Shown here: one piece after another, positions 42,895-53,484 of the stretch
Numbering within the stretch: position 1 is the stretch's first letter
Layout: each line of letters opens with the position of its first letter
Source of the DNA: an uncultured Verrucomicrobiae bacterium
GTDB lineage: Bacteria > Verrucomicrobiota > Verrucomicrobiia > Chthoniobacterales > JAFAMB01
Direction of reading: 5' to 3'
DNA: 64,000 bases
NCBI GenBank assembly: GCA_963837955.1
Contig: CAWIPH010000002.1
Coordinates: 224,001-288,000 of the forward strand
Translations under genes and position numbers: made by a program
The notes under the pieces: model-generated
What the model saw: the letters and a program-made list of their open reading frames with translations, nothing else
Database searches by the model: none
Told to the model about the DNA's origin: nothing

Positions 42895-43698
42895 CTAGGA
42901 ACTAGCGCTGGAATAATGATTGAGGGCGGTACGCCAGATTAGCCGAGAAAGCAAAACCATCATGATGGAAACCAATATGAGGTGACCGATAAAGGGCCAG
43001 GGCGTTTCGCTTGCGTGGATCAATACCCGGGCCGGAACATTGGTGACCACCATCACGGGAAGAACCCAGCTGAAGACGAACTTTGCCAATCCCTTAAATA
43101 CGACATCAGGGTAGCGGGCCAGGTTCATGATGTTGTAGTAACCATAAATGACACCTTGGGCCCGGACGCTCCAGAAACTAACCGTCGAAAGCCCGAACAT
43201 GACGGCGTAGTGTAAGGACACGCCGATCAAAACGGTGGCTAGGTAAAGCACGATCTGGCCGAGCGAGGGTATCACCCCGATGCGGGATAGAGCGTAACAG
43301 ACGATCAGAACGCCAACGAATGCGTTGACCAGGCTGTCAATACCGAAGCGCCGGACTGACGTAGTAAACTGGGCATCAATTGGCTGGAGCAAAACGAAAT
43401 CGAGCTTACCGGTCCGAACCAATTCGGAAAGATTCATCAGATTCGTAAAGAAAAAGGCGTTAAAGATCTGACTGATAATCTGATGTGTTCCCACCAGCAA
43501 GACCATATCCCACTTGGTCCAATCCCCGATGGCGTCTATCTGGCTGTAGATGACTTCAATGAAAATGAGCTGGCCCGCGAACCAGAAAGCTTCGACCAAC
43601 ATCCAGAGCAAGAAGTTGAGCTTAAAGTTCATCTCCCTGATCAGGGAGTTTCGCAGCATTACGCCGTAAACCTGTAGATACCTCGGGAGCTGCTTCAT
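42895..43698 (-). CDS. ABC-2 type transporter permease (DUF990-like)
   Basis: VRTGKLDFVLLQP, ARYP.VF, VPARVL; six TM helices. Confidence 0.88.
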   Translation of the reverse strand: MKQLPRYLQVYGVMLRNSLIREMNFKLNFLLWMLVEAFWFAGQLIFIEVIYSQIDAIGDWTKWDMVLLVGTHQIISQIFNAFFFTNLMNLSELVRTGKLDFVLLQPIDAQFTTSVRRFGIDSLVNAFVGVLIVCYALSRIGVIPSLGQIVLYLATVLIGVSLHYAVMFGLSTVSFWSVRAQGVIYGYYNIMNLARYPDVVFKGLAKFVFSWVLPVMVVTNVPARVLIHASETPWPFIGHLILVSIMMVLLSRLIWRTALNHYSSASS

Positions 43699-43843
43699 CT
43701 TCCTCGTGACTTCAGTGCACTAGGAGGCTTCCGCGTAGAAAGGGGGGTACGGCGCTCTGGGATCAGATTAAAAGGCTAGTGGATATTGCGATCCGGACCG
43801 GACATTTGGGATCGGCCGTCCGGGCAGGAGCAACTTACAATAA

Positions 43844-45007
43844 TCAAACGGTTCTGCAAAAATCCTCAAATCGATCCATGCCGCGGTTGATGATATCCAG
43901 GCTGGTTGCATAGCTAAAACGAATCGTACGGTCATTTCCGAAAGCAATCCCAGGGACGACAACGACATTCGCTTTGCTCAAGAGGCGGTCCGCAAAGTTC
44001 TGTGAGGTAAGACCTAACCTGCCGATATTGGCCAGCACATAGAACGCTCCAAAAGGACGGACGATGCTCAGATTAGCCATCTTGGATAACCGATCCACCA
44101 TGTACTGGCGGCGCAAATCGAACTCTTCGCGCATATCGGAGATGGTCTGCTGATCTCCTTTTAGCGCGGCTAGTGCACCTTTCTGCGCAAACGAGCATGG
44201 ATTCGAAGTAACATGGCTTTGAATGGAATCGATTGCTCGAGCGATCGGTTCCGGCGCACCCAAATAGCCGAGGCGCCACCCTGTCATAGCGTAAGCTTTG
44301 CTGAAGCCGTTTACCGTAATCGCTAAATCGTAATACTCCTGCCCGAGCGATGCTATGCTCACATGCTCGGCGCCTTCGTAAACGAGTTTCTCGTAAATCT
44401 CATCCGCGAGGATCAAAATCTCCTCTTCCGCGGCAACGGCTGCGATCGCCTCCAATTCCTTCCGAGAGTAAACAGCGCCCGTTGGGTTGTTGGGTGAATT
44501 GATGATGATCATCTTCGTCCGCGGCGTCATCGCGTTTTCAAACTCTTCCGCGGTCATTTTCCATCCGTTTTCCTCCTTCGTTTCGACGAAAACCGGATCG
44601 GCGCCCGCCAGTCGCACCATTTCCGGATAGCTCAACCAATACGGTTTCGGAATGATTACCTCGTCGCCGGCTTGGCAAGTAGCGAGAATGGCATTGTAAC
44701 AGGAATGTTTTGCGCCGGTGCTGACAATGACCTGGGACGCACTGTAGTTGAGTTGATTGTCATTATGAAATTTTTCCGAAATTGCTTGCCGGAGTTCGGG
44801 GATCCCCGAGCTAGGAGTGTATTTGGTAAATCCGGCCTCCAGTGAAGCGATGGCTGCAGCTTTGATGTGCTCGGGAGTATCAAAATCGGGTTCACCCGCA
44901 GCAAAGCTGCACACGTCAATCCCTTCGGACTTCATGGCCTTTGCCTTGCTGTCGATCGAAAGAGATAACGATGGTATCAGACTGGTCGCTCTTGCAGAAA
45001 GTTGCAT
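43844..45007 (-). CDS. aspC: PLP-dependent aspartate aminotransferase (class I/II)
   Basis: AGEPDFDTP, NSPNNPTG, DEIY, GFSKAYAMTGWRLGY. Confidence 0.9.
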   Translation of the reverse strand: MQLSARATSLIPSLSLSIDSKAKAMKSEGIDVCSFAAGEPDFDTPEHIKAAAIASLEAGFTKYTPSSGIPELRQAISEKFHNDNQLNYSASQVIVSTGAKHSCYNAILATCQAGDEVIIPKPYWLSYPEMVRLAGADPVFVETKEENGWKMTAEEFENAMTPRTKMIIINSPNNPTGAVYSRKELEAIAAVAAEEEILILADEIYEKLVYEGAEHVSIASLGQEYYDLAITVNGFSKAYAMTGWRLGYLGAPEPIARAIDSIQSHVTSNPCSFAQKGALAALKGDQQTISDMREEFDLRRQYMVDRLSKMANLSIVRPFGAFYVLANIGRLGLTSQNFADRLLSKANVVVVPGIAFGNDRTIRFSYATSLDIINRGMDRFEDFCRTV

Positions 45008-45117
45008 AAAAATCTTTCCCACGAGTATATGTTACGAGCAGCCATTTCAACCAAGGAATTCCCAGGAACCCGCACCATTCGACCTTCGGCGAATGGATAG
45101 AAAATTGCTCACGTTTG

Positions 45118-45960
45118 CTATCCTCCCTCTGCATCCCGTCTTTGGGCGAGCAAAGTCACCCATTTTCCTCGAACTCTGGTGAGCAAGACATTCGCACCAC
45201 TCCGTTCCAGTAAATGAAGGATTGGCTGCACTTGATCTCGCATGACCCCGGAAAGGACGAAGTGTCCATTCAAAGTCAGGGCCTGAGATAGTCTGGGAAC
45301 AGATTGCCGAAGCAGCTCGCTGTAAAGATTTGCTGTCACAATTTCGTAGGAGGGCTTCGGAATAAAGGATAGGACATCTTGTTTCCAAAAATGGATCCTG
45401 ATTCTTAGCTCGTTTAGCTTGGCATTCTGCTTCGCGGTCCGCACAGCTGTCGGGTCAAAATCAAAGGCGTCGACCTGAGTAGCGCCCAGCTTGGCGGCTG
45501 CAATGGCGAGAATGCCGGCGCCGGTTCCCGCGTCTAACATTCGCCAGTCGCCAGATTTTGGAGCTATATCGCACAAAAGCCGCAAACACCCGGCGGTGGT
45601 TGCGTGCTCGCCCGTGCCGAACGCCAATCCGGCTGGTAGGTAGATATGACGGTTCGGAATTGGCCGCTCATCACCGGGCTCGCGATTGAAGATCTGCAGC
45701 CGGCCCCGAATCGAGATCGGGCGTTTTTGGATCACTGCTCTCACCCAATCTGCGGTCGACTGCTTGAGATTGCGAATCTCCCCGCCAAAACGCTTTACCA
45801 GTAAGTTTGCTTCTCGCCGGGTCACTTCGAAGATCTCAAGACGGATCCGGTTGCTACCACCCAAATGGGTTATGACCAGTCGCTCCCAGCCAAGAAATAG
45901 AAGCCGTTCCTGCCAGCTGTCCGCCCATTTTTCGGTGCTTATCTTACGCCAGACCAGCAT
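45118..45960 (-). CDS. prmA: Ribosomal protein L11 methyltransferase
   Basis: GLAFGTGEHATT, LDAGTGAGILAIAA.KLGA, ANL, LSG. Confidence 0.9.
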   Translation of the reverse strand: MLVWRKISTEKWADSWQERLLFLGWERLVITHLGGSNRIRLEIFEVTRREANLLVKRFGGEIRNLKQSTADWVRAVIQKRPISIRGRLQIFNREPGDERPIPNRHIYLPAGLAFGTGEHATTAGCLRLLCDIAPKSGDWRMLDAGTGAGILAIAAAKLGATQVDAFDFDPTAVRTAKQNAKLNELRIRIHFWKQDVLSFIPKPSYEIVTANLYSELLRQSVPRLSQALTLNGHFVLSGVMRDQVQPILHLLERSGANVLLTRVRGKWVTLLAQRRDAEGG

Positions 45961-46014
45961 TATTTGGATAATCCTTGCCTAGGGAGAATCTTGTTCTTAG
46001 AAGAGGAGTTGCGC

Positions 46015-46320
46015 ATGATTCATCACATCGTTCTCTACAAACCCAAACCGGACGTCACCGCGCAACAGCTTGAGATGATCATGATGCAAACGCGGATGCA
46101 ACTCCTCAAGATCTCGTTTGCTTCAAACGTTCGGTGCGGCCGCAAAATCGACAAGACCAACGATTGGGCCTTTTTTCTGGCCGTCGACTTCGATTCGAAA
46201 GAGCGATTAGCGATGTTTCACGATGACGCCATCTACATCAAATTTGTTGAGGAGATCATTAAGCCCAACATGGCCTCTTCGCTTGTTCTCGACTACGACG
46301 GGGATCCCAAGCGAAAGTAG
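46015..46320 (+). CDS. Dabb family (stress-responsive A/B barrel) protein
   Basis: MIHHIVLYK N-terminus, LAVDFDS, C-terminal VLDY. Confidence 0.8.
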   Translation: MIHHIVLYKPKPDVTAQQLEMIMMQTRMQLLKISFASNVRCGRKIDKTNDWAFFLAVDFDSKERLAMFHDDAIYIKFVEEIIKPNMASSLVLDYDGDPKRK

Positions 46321-47672
46321 GAGTCAAGCTGGGCCGTGACGAAATCGATCTCTTCGCGGGAGATACAGAAGGGAGGGGTAAACGATAAAACATTACCCTC
46401 CGGGCCTCCCCCGAGCAAAATCAGACCGTCTGGCAAAGCTTCGTTTACGATCTGAGCCGCGCGACCCCGGTCGGGGTTGCCATTCGAGTCGACCAATTCC
46501 ACGCCGATCATCAGGCCCAGACCCCGAATCTGCCCAATTGATCGATGGCTGAGAGTTCGAAGCTGCTGCAAAAAGTATTTGCCGATCTGCCGCACCTGTT
46601 CGCCGGTTTTTGGGTCAAGATGCAGCTCGATGGAAGCCAGCGCCATTGCACAACCGATCGGATTGCCCAGAAAGGTTGTGGTGTGCAGGGCTTCTCCGGC
46701 CGACTTCGGCCATGCGTCCATGATCTCTGCGCGTCCCACACACGCGGAGAGAGGGAATCCAGTAGTTAACCCCTTTCCGAGGCAGAGAATGTCGGGATAG
46801 ACACCGAATTGATCGCAGGCGAACAAACTCCCGGTCCGGTTAAACCCAGTGTAGATCTCATCGAAGATCAACAAGATCTTGTACCTATCGCAAATGCTTC
46901 TGAGCAAACGCAAAAAATCCAGCGGGGGAACGACTTCTCCGCCTCTGCCTTGACATGGTTCTACGATAATGCAGCCAATCTCTCGCTGTCGGATAGCTTG
47001 GACGATTTGGTCTTCAATTGACTCCAAGCAGGACGACGCGCAGTTGGGAAATCGGGCGCCCTCCAACCGGTAACCCTCCGACCTGCCAAACGGGCAATGG
47101 AAGCAGGACGGATACGGGACTAGCGTCACATAGTCGCGCAATTGAGATCGGAACGGGTCGCGGAACCAACGGATCCCGATGACTTCTAAAGCGCCGTAGC
47201 CCAAGCCATGATAGCCATTTCGAAACGCAATGACGCCAGGCTTGCCGCTGTGTAGCAGTGAAGTCTTGATAGCAACTTCGACCGCTTCAAAGCCGGAGTT
47301 GCCCAGGGTTGTCTTAGCCAAACCAAGATTCCATCGCTCGAAAGTGATCGCGCTGAGCTTTGCACAGAGCAAAGCCTTGTTAGCGGCAGGATGAACATCT
47401 CCCATCGCGTGAAACAACAGACCGCTTTGGTCCTGAATGGCTTGCCGAATTTTCGGATGCGTGTGGCCATGAGCCGCGACGGCGAAGCCGGCCGTTAGGT
47501 CAATATACCGGTTCTCATCCGCATCCCAAACATTGATCCCGTCGGCTCGCTGCCAGATAATTGGAAACCCCTGAGCTAAATAGGTGACGTTGCGATTCTC
47601 GTACCTCTTCAGGAGCTCGGCCAGTCCTCGCGACCTCGGTCCCGGTATCGGTGTGTGAACACTCGGCAGCAT
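46293..47672 (-). CDS. Class III PLP aminotransferase (GabT/ArgD-like)
   Basis: YIDLTAG, NSGFEAVE, YHG, IVEPCQG.GG, DEIYTGFNRTG, PDILCLGKGL. Confidence 0.9.
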   Translation of the reverse strand: MLPSVHTPIPGPRSRGLAELLKRYENRNVTYLAQGFPIIWQRADGINVWDADENRYIDLTAGFAVAAHGHTHPKIRQAIQDQSGLLFHAMGDVHPAANKALLCAKLSAITFERWNLGLAKTTLGNSGFEAVEVAIKTSLLHSGKPGVIAFRNGYHGLGYGALEVIGIRWFRDPFRSQLRDYVTLVPYPSCFHCPFGRSEGYRLEGARFPNCASSCLESIEDQIVQAIRQREIGCIIVEPCQGRGGEVVPPLDFLRLLRSICDRYKILLIFDEIYTGFNRTGSLFACDQFGVYPDILCLGKGLTTGFPLSACVGRAEIMDAWPKSAGEALHTTTFLGNPIGCAMALASIELHLDPKTGEQVRQIGKYFLQQLRTLSHRSIGQIRGLGLMIGVELVDSNGNPDRGRAAQIVNEALPDGLILLGGGPEGNVLSFTPPFCISREEIDFVTAQLDSYFRLGSPS

Positions 47673-47679
47673 TGGAATA

Positions 47680-47735
47680 CCAATAGCAGATAGCAAATAG
47701 CAAGGGGCAGATTATCGGATCTGCGATTTTGCTAT
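47680..47735. repeat. Heptamer array (ATAGCAG/ATAGCAA) with short inverted counterpart
   Basis: caatagc agatagc aaatagc aa ... tttgctat. Confidence 0.55.
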
Positions 47736-47765
47736 GCAGCATTCGGTGATAGCCGAATAAGGCGA

Positions 47766-49214
47766 TCAGGCAGGAATCGCGCGCCGGTGCCGAAGCAGTC
47801 CGGCATAAAGGTCTGCGAACGCTTTCGCGGATTCGGCCCACGAGAAGTCGGCAGCAAGACATTGTGCCGTGAGCGCGTTCCAATATTCCTTTCTGTCTCG
47901 TGTCCAGTAGACGCGCTGGATGCTATCCCAAAGTCCCTCGGGATGATTACGATAGTACACGAATCCCCGTCCTTCCTTCTGGACGGGGTCAAAATCGGTA
48001 ATGATCTGACGCAACCCGCTTCGGTAGCTAACGACAGGCACAGTGCCATACCGCAGCGCAGAAATTGCTGTGACGCCACGCGCTCCGAGCGAGCCAGGCA
48101 GGAGTACAACGTCCGAGCCGGCCAGGCTGAGATTCCGGACCCGCGGATCTCCCTGGCGATCATAAGCAAAACGGCGAGGATATTTGCGTTCGGCTACGAT
48201 GACTTGAGGACTGAATTGGACGGGCATTGGCCCCGGGATGATCAGGCGGGCGTTGCCAGTCAACAAGCGGTCAAACAAAGGTACAATCTGAGACGCTCCG
48301 GTTCCGTCATCCGGTTGGACTGGGCAGGTAATCACCAGTTCGGAGCCGTCTGATTCGAGATCGAGTTGATTGAGCAGTTGCTGGCGACAGGCAGACTTAC
48401 CGGGAGTCGCCTCGTTTTTCGAGCGGCGAGGGAGCAGTTTGTCGAACGGCGGATTGGTCTGCGAGTAGTCAATACCGGTCAATATTCCGAAGGTGCGCGC
48501 GCTATTTTCTTGAAGTACCAGGTGGAGACCGGCGCCATGCTCAGGCGATAGGGCATCCTGCAGCGCCATTTCACCGGGAAGTACTACAGCGTCGGCGAAG
48601 AGGATCCCGGACTTTACAAAGTTTAAACGTCCATAAAATTCGACGCCGCGCGGGCTAAAGTAGCTACCGGGCAATCCGGTCAGCGCGAAATCAAAGCTCC
48701 AGAACGAGCCTTGGTACTCAAGATCGTACAAGCTGAGCACGGTTTGAAACGGCAACCGGCGGTCTTTCACAAACACGGGAATCAGCGCGGTCGGCCAATC
48801 ATGGCAATGAATGACGTCTACTGACGGACTCACTCGGCGAGCGAGTTCGACCACAGCCCGGCTAAAGAAAATAAACCGCTCCGAATTATCTTCGTAAGCG
48901 CGCCCGTTGCCCGAGTAAATACCCGAGCGATCGAAGTATTCGTCCCGTCGAACTAGCAAGAGCTGAAATCCCTCAGCAGTCTTTGCTTCGAAAATGGCGG
49001 TGGTGACCTTCTTTTCACCCAAGGAAACATGAAATTCGATTCCGGTGGGCTCGATTGGCCGGCGACTTTCGCGAATCGATCGATAGAGCGGTATCGCGAC
49101 ACTCACTTCATGTCCCAGTCGCTTCAGCTCCAGCGCCAAAGTCCGGACGTGTTCACCGAGCTCGCCGGTGGAAGCCTCTGGGGCAAACTCGCTGGTTGCC
49201 ATCAAAATTTTCAT
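47766..49214 (-). CDS. glgA: Glycogen/starch synthase (GT5) homolog with degenerate catalytic motifs
   Basis: Overall GlgA layout (HCHDW, YQG, DFSW) but KTGGL, TIHN, SRL..QKG and PSRFEPCGL are all altered. Confidence 0.82.
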   Translation of the reverse strand: MKILMATSEFAPEASTGELGEHVRTLALELKRLGHEVSVAIPLYRSIRESRRPIEPTGIEFHVSLGEKKVTTAIFEAKTAEGFQLLLVRRDEYFDRSGIYSGNGRAYEDNSERFIFFSRAVVELARRVSPSVDVIHCHDWPTALIPVFVKDRRLPFQTVLSLYDLEYQGSFWSFDFALTGLPGSYFSPRGVEFYGRLNFVKSGILFADAVVLPGEMALQDALSPEHGAGLHLVLQENSARTFGILTGIDYSQTNPPFDKLLPRRSKNEATPGKSACRQQLLNQLDLESDGSELVITCPVQPDDGTGASQIVPLFDRLLTGNARLIIPGPMPVQFSPQVIVAERKYPRRFAYDRQGDPRVRNLSLAGSDVVLLPGSLGARGVTAISALRYGTVPVVSYRSGLRQIITDFDPVQKEGRGFVYYRNHPEGLWDSIQRVYWTRDRKEYWNALTAQCLAADFSWAESAKAFADLYAGLLRHRRAIPA

Positions 49215-49372
49215 GAATAAGGTTCCTCCTTGTCCCTAAATTTCCTTCCTACTGCAACATCACACGGTTTCAAATGTAAATCGACGGTCACACTAGCGGC
49301 ATCTTTCACGCGAATCATCCTTGTCAACGCACGGCGACTTGATAAGGTGCCGGATCCTCGATCGTGAGCTTT

Positions 49373-49849
49373 ATGACTTTGGGCTCCCTCCTATCCGTAG
49401 ACCAAATAATCCCCGAAATGAAATCCACCGAAAGGTGGGCCGCGATCGTGGAATTGATCGATCTGTTGGTACAAAAAGGGCACGTGCAGCGCGGGGACCG
49501 AGATCCGGTCCTGCAGGCGCTCCGGCAGCGGGAAGAGACAATGAGCACGGGAATCGGGTTTGGCATTGCCATTCCGCATGCTTCCTCCAATTGCGTAAAC
49601 GAAGTAGTGGCCGCGTTTGGGCGCTCTTCGACCGGCATTGAGTTCGACTCGCTGGACAATTCGCCTGTCAAATTTATTGTACTTTTCGTTGTTCCCAAAG
49701 ACCAATTTCAGGTCCATTTGCGGACCTTGGCAGCTATTGCGAAATTTCTTAACGACAAGTCCGTTCGCGAGCAACTCGGCCGCGCTGATTCCGCCGAGGA
49801 AATCCTAGCCATCTTCGATCATAGGGCGCCTAAGCCTCAGGCTTCGTGA
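49373..49849 (+). CDS. PTS EIIA component (PtsN/FruA-type)
   Basis: REETMSTGIGFGIAIPHA, GIEFDSLD, HLRTLA.IA. Confidence 0.9.
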   Translation: MTLGSLLSVDQIIPEMKSTERWAAIVELIDLLVQKGHVQRGDRDPVLQALRQREETMSTGIGFGIAIPHASSNCVNEVVAAFGRSSTGIEFDSLDNSPVKFIVLFVVPKDQFQVHLRTLAAIAKFLNDKSVREQLGRADSAEEILAIFDHRAPKPQAS

Positions 49850-49853
49850 GCCG

Positions 49854-51557
49854 ATGGCTACCGTCATCGAGACGTTAGAAGAGCGGCTTCACACCGCTCT
49901 TCACTCCTTGGGATTGCCGGTGGATCCAACGATTCAAGTCGTCCCCGCGGCTGACGGGCGCTACGGAGACTATCAAACCAACGCTGGAATGGTCCTGGCT
50001 AAAGAGCGGAAAGAGAATCCGCGACTGCTGGCCGGCCGAATTGCTGAGGCGCTGGATGTACAGGGCATTAGTAAACCTCCCGAAGTTGCAGGTCCCGGTT
50101 TCATTAATTTTTGGTTGGAAAAAAAATTCATTGCCTCACAGCTGATGAGCGCATATGCCGATCCGCGCCTGGGAGTCGGCCGAACGAAGGATTCTAAAAA
50201 GCTCATCATCGAATTCAGCTCGCCGAACATCGCCAAGCCGATGCATGTCGGTCATATTCGGTCGACCGTACTTGGCGATGCATTGGCCCGCATTGCCCGA
50301 TTTATCGGTCACACCGTAATAACCGATAACCATTTGGGTGACTGGGGCACCCAGTTTGGCAAAGTGATTTACGGCTGGAAAAACTTTCGCGATGAAGCTG
50401 CCCTAGCTAGCCGCCCAGTCGACGAGCTCGTCCGCCTTTATCGAGCGGCTGATGCGGCATCTAAAGAGGATCCAGTGATTCTGGAGGCCTGCCGCAATGA
50501 GCTGGTCAAGTTGCAGCAGGGAGATCCGGAAAACACCGAGATCTGGCAAAAGTGCGTTCAGCTTTCCCAAGACGAATTTGCAGGCATTTACCGCAAGCTT
50601 GGAGTCGAGTTCGACCAGCAACTTGGTGAGAGCTTTTTCAATCCGGGGCTTTCAACCATGGTGGAAGACTTGTTGAAAGCTCGGGTCGCCGAGTTGAGCG
50701 AAGGAGCAGTGGTCGTTTGGGACCGGCAGATTTCCGAAGCGCCGTTCATGATTCGTAAATCAGACGGCGGCTTTGGTTACGCTTCCACCGATGTGGCAAC
50801 CCTGGAATATCGCCTTCGGCGCTGGAACCCGGACGGGATCTGGTATGTTGTTGGCACGCCGCAGCAGCTTCATTTTCAACAGCTATTTAGTTTGGCTCGA
50901 AAGCTGGGGATGAAGCTGGATCTGCAGCATGTTGCGTTTGGAAGTATTCTTGGAGAAGATCGAAAACTGATGCGCACGCGATCCGGTGACTCGGTTCCAC
51001 TGCGGGAGTTGCTGGAGGAAGCGGGAACACGAGCAAAGGCGCTTGTTATCGAAAAGAACCCGACCTTGAATCGAGACGAAGTCGAACAAATCGGGCAAAT
51101 CGTCGGAATTGGCGCCGTCAAGTACGCGGAGCTATCTCAACACCGCCTCACCGATTATGTCTTTTCCTGGAGTAAAATGCTCTCCTTCCAAGGAAATACG
51201 GCGCCTTATTTACAAAACGCGTACGTTCGTAGCCGAGCGATATTTCGGCGACTTAAGGAACAGTTTCATCCCCCCTCCGAGATCGGGCTAGGAGATCCTG
51301 CCGAAGAAAGGCTGGCTAAGAAGCTGTTGCAGTTTGGCGAGGTAACTCCGGCTGTGCTTGACGGCTTCCGCCCGAATGTCCTTGCCAATTTTCTCTATGA
51401 GCTGGCGGCCGAATTCCACGTTTTCTACGAACGTTGCCCGGTTCTCACCGCCGAGGCTGACCAAAGGGACCAGCGGCTTCTGCTTTGTGACTTATTCGCG
51501 CGGACGCTGAGTCTGGGACTGAGGTTGCTTGGCATCGATGTGCCGGAGCGGATGTAA
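49854..51557 (+). CDS. argS: Arginine--tRNA ligase
   Basis: EFSSPNIAKPMHVGHIRS, GDWGTQFG, GNTAPYLQ, C-terminal PERM. Confidence 0.97.
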   Translation: MATVIETLEERLHTALHSLGLPVDPTIQVVPAADGRYGDYQTNAGMVLAKERKENPRLLAGRIAEALDVQGISKPPEVAGPGFINFWLEKKFIASQLMSAYADPRLGVGRTKDSKKLIIEFSSPNIAKPMHVGHIRSTVLGDALARIARFIGHTVITDNHLGDWGTQFGKVIYGWKNFRDEAALASRPVDELVRLYRAADAASKEDPVILEACRNELVKLQQGDPENTEIWQKCVQLSQDEFAGIYRKLGVEFDQQLGESFFNPGLSTMVEDLLKARVAELSEGAVVVWDRQISEAPFMIRKSDGGFGYASTDVATLEYRLRRWNPDGIWYVVGTPQQLHFQQLFSLARKLGMKLDLQHVAFGSILGEDRKLMRTRSGDSVPLRELLEEAGTRAKALVIEKNPTLNRDEVEQIGQIVGIGAVKYAELSQHRLTDYVFSWSKMLSFQGNTAPYLQNAYVRSRAIFRRLKEQFHPPSEIGLGDPAEERLAKKLLQFGEVTPAVLDGFRPNVLANFLYELAAEFHVFYERCPVLTAEADQRDQRLLLCDLFARTLSLGLRLLGIDVPERM

Positions 51558-51564
51558 ATGCCTG

Positions 51565-51586
51565 AAAAGTAATGTAAAAGTAATGT
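51565..51586. promoter_or_regulatory. 11-bp tandem direct repeat upstream of phoU (Pho-box-like)
   Basis: AAAAGTAATGT AAAAGTAATGT, a perfect one-helical-turn repeat ~50 nt before the phoU ATG. Confidence 0.55.
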
Positions 51587-51637
51587 TCCCCGTTACAAAA
51601 AACTATTTTATAGTGTGCACAGGGGAGATCACGAATT

Positions 51638-52330
51638 ATGGCGGCGCTTGGCAAGCACATCAGCAGTAATTTCGAGGGGGCGCTCACTGCTCTCCGAAAT
51701 AATGTTCTCATGATGTCGAGCTTGACCGAGCGATTGTTGAATCACGCCATCCAAGGCCTTTTGCAAAGGGACAGCGACCTCTGCAATCTGGCTATTGCTG
51801 ATGATGAGGAAATCGATCTGCTGGAGAAGGAAATAGATCGGGAAGGCATCGAAGTTTTGATCCGGTTCCATCCGGTTGCTTCCGATATGCGGCACATTAT
51901 TTCGGCGATGAGATTGAGCGTGAATCTGGAGCGTATCGCAGACCAATCCGTGCTAATTGCCCGACGAGCCAAAAAACTTAACAAGGAATCGATAGTCTCC
52001 GAGATGTCTTTGCTGGAACCACTCTTTCGCGAGGCTTTGGGGATTTTTCACGACGGGATGAAAGTCTTCGTGGACGGGGACGCTGATTTAGCGCGTCAAC
52101 TCAAGCCGCGTGATCGAATTCTGGATTCACTGAACACGGAAGTGGCTGAAAAATTCATGCAGCGAATCGCTTACGATCCCAGCCGAGTGCAATCTTATAT
52201 CAACCTCATTTTGATCGCGCGTGCACTCGAGCGCGTTGGGGATCATGCGACAAACATTGGAGAAGACGCTTTTTGGGCTTCCCACGCCGAGGATATTCGC
52301 CATACGTACGAAAAGAAAAAAGAAGACTGA
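51638..52330 (+). CDS. phoU: Phosphate signalling complex protein PhoU
   Basis: DDEEID.LE, PVASDMR, LERIADQ, LERVGDHATNIGE. Confidence 0.95.
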   Translation: MAALGKHISSNFEGALTALRNNVLMMSSLTERLLNHAIQGLLQRDSDLCNLAIADDEEIDLLEKEIDREGIEVLIRFHPVASDMRHIISAMRLSVNLERIADQSVLIARRAKKLNKESIVSEMSLLEPLFREALGIFHDGMKVFVDGDADLARQLKPRDRILDSLNTEVAEKFMQRIAYDPSRVQSYINLILIARALERVGDHATNIGEDAFWASHAEDIRHTYEKKKED

Positions 52331-52430
52331 TGGAGCGGGGCTGCTCCTGGAATGGCCCAGGATTCGCGACTTTTTATGAGTAGAAATCGACTAGAGACCA
52401 GTGCACCAGGGAAGGTCAGGTTGTTCACAA

Positions 52431-53390
52431 ATGTTTGAATCCAGTTCTGCCAAGAAGATCGCGGTCGTGACAGGCGGTGCCGGTTTTCTGGGGTCTCATT
52501 TGAGCGATCGTCTCATCGCCGAAGGTTTTCGAGTCATCGCCATCGATAATCTGATAACCGGTTCAAGCGATAACATCGCTCACCTCGCCGGAAATCGGGA
52601 CTTCAGGTTCATTCGGCATAATGTCAGCGAATTTATCTTCGTTCCCGGGAGAGTTGACTACGTGTTTCACTTTGCCTCGCCGGCCAGCCCGATCGACTAT
52701 CTTGAGCTGCCAATCCCAACCTTAAAAGTAGGTGCGCTGGGAACACACAATACCCTGGGGTTGGCTAAGGACAAAAAGGCCACCTTCCTGCTCGCTTCCA
52801 CCTCAGAATGCTATGGCGATCCTCTGGTTCATCCGCAAAATGAAGACTATTGGGGTAACGTTAACCCGATCGGTCCGCGCGGGGTGTACGATGAAGCAAA
52901 GCGCTTCGCCGAAGCTATAACGATGGCCTACCATCGGTACCATGGAGTGGATACCAAAATCGTCCGGATTTTTAATACTTATGGACCACGTATGCGCCTG
53001 AGGGATGGTCGAGTCGTCCCGGCGTTCATTAGCCAAGCGCTGAACCGGGAACCTTTGACCGTATTTGGTGACGGCAGCCAGACGCGTAGTTTTTGCTACG
53101 TTTCCGATCTGATCGATGGCATTTTTCGGCTCGCCCTGAGTGATTACCACGAACCGGTCAACATCGGGAACCCCCAGGAAATGACAATTCTCGATTTTGC
53201 TAGCAAGATTCTGGATATTACTGGGGCTCAATCGCAAATAATCACCAAGCCCCTGCCGGTAGATGATCCGAAAGTTCGGCAGCCCGATATTGGCCGGGCC
53301 AAGAAGCTGTTAGGTTGGCAGCCCAAGGTCGATTTTGAAGCAGGAATTCGAGAGACGATCTTGTATTTTAAGGAAAAGTTAGGGATTTAG
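52431..53390 (+). CDS. UDP-glucuronate decarboxylase (UDP-xylose synthase, SDR)
   Basis: [52 protein letters not shown]. Confidence 0.92.
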   Translation: MFESSSAKKIAVVTGGAGFLGSHLSDRLIAEGFRVIAIDNLITGSSDNIAHLAGNRDFRFIRHNVSEFIFVPGRVDYVFHFASPASPIDYLELPIPTLKVGALGTHNTLGLAKDKKATFLLASTSECYGDPLVHPQNEDYWGNVNPIGPRGVYDEAKRFAEAITMAYHRYHGVDTKIVRIFNTYGPRMRLRDGRVVPAFISQALNREPLTVFGDGSQTRSFCYVSDLIDGIFRLALSDYHEPVNIGNPQEMTILDFASKILDITGAQSQIITKPLPVDDPKVRQPDIGRAKKLLGWQPKVDFEAGIRETILYFKEKLGI

Positions 53391-53484
53391 AGCTCCGTCC
53401 TGTTCTCTCAAAGATTCGCCGCATCTGCCTCCGCTTCTTCGGGAGCGTTTATCAGCTTCCTATTCAGCCCCAGTACAACAAAGT

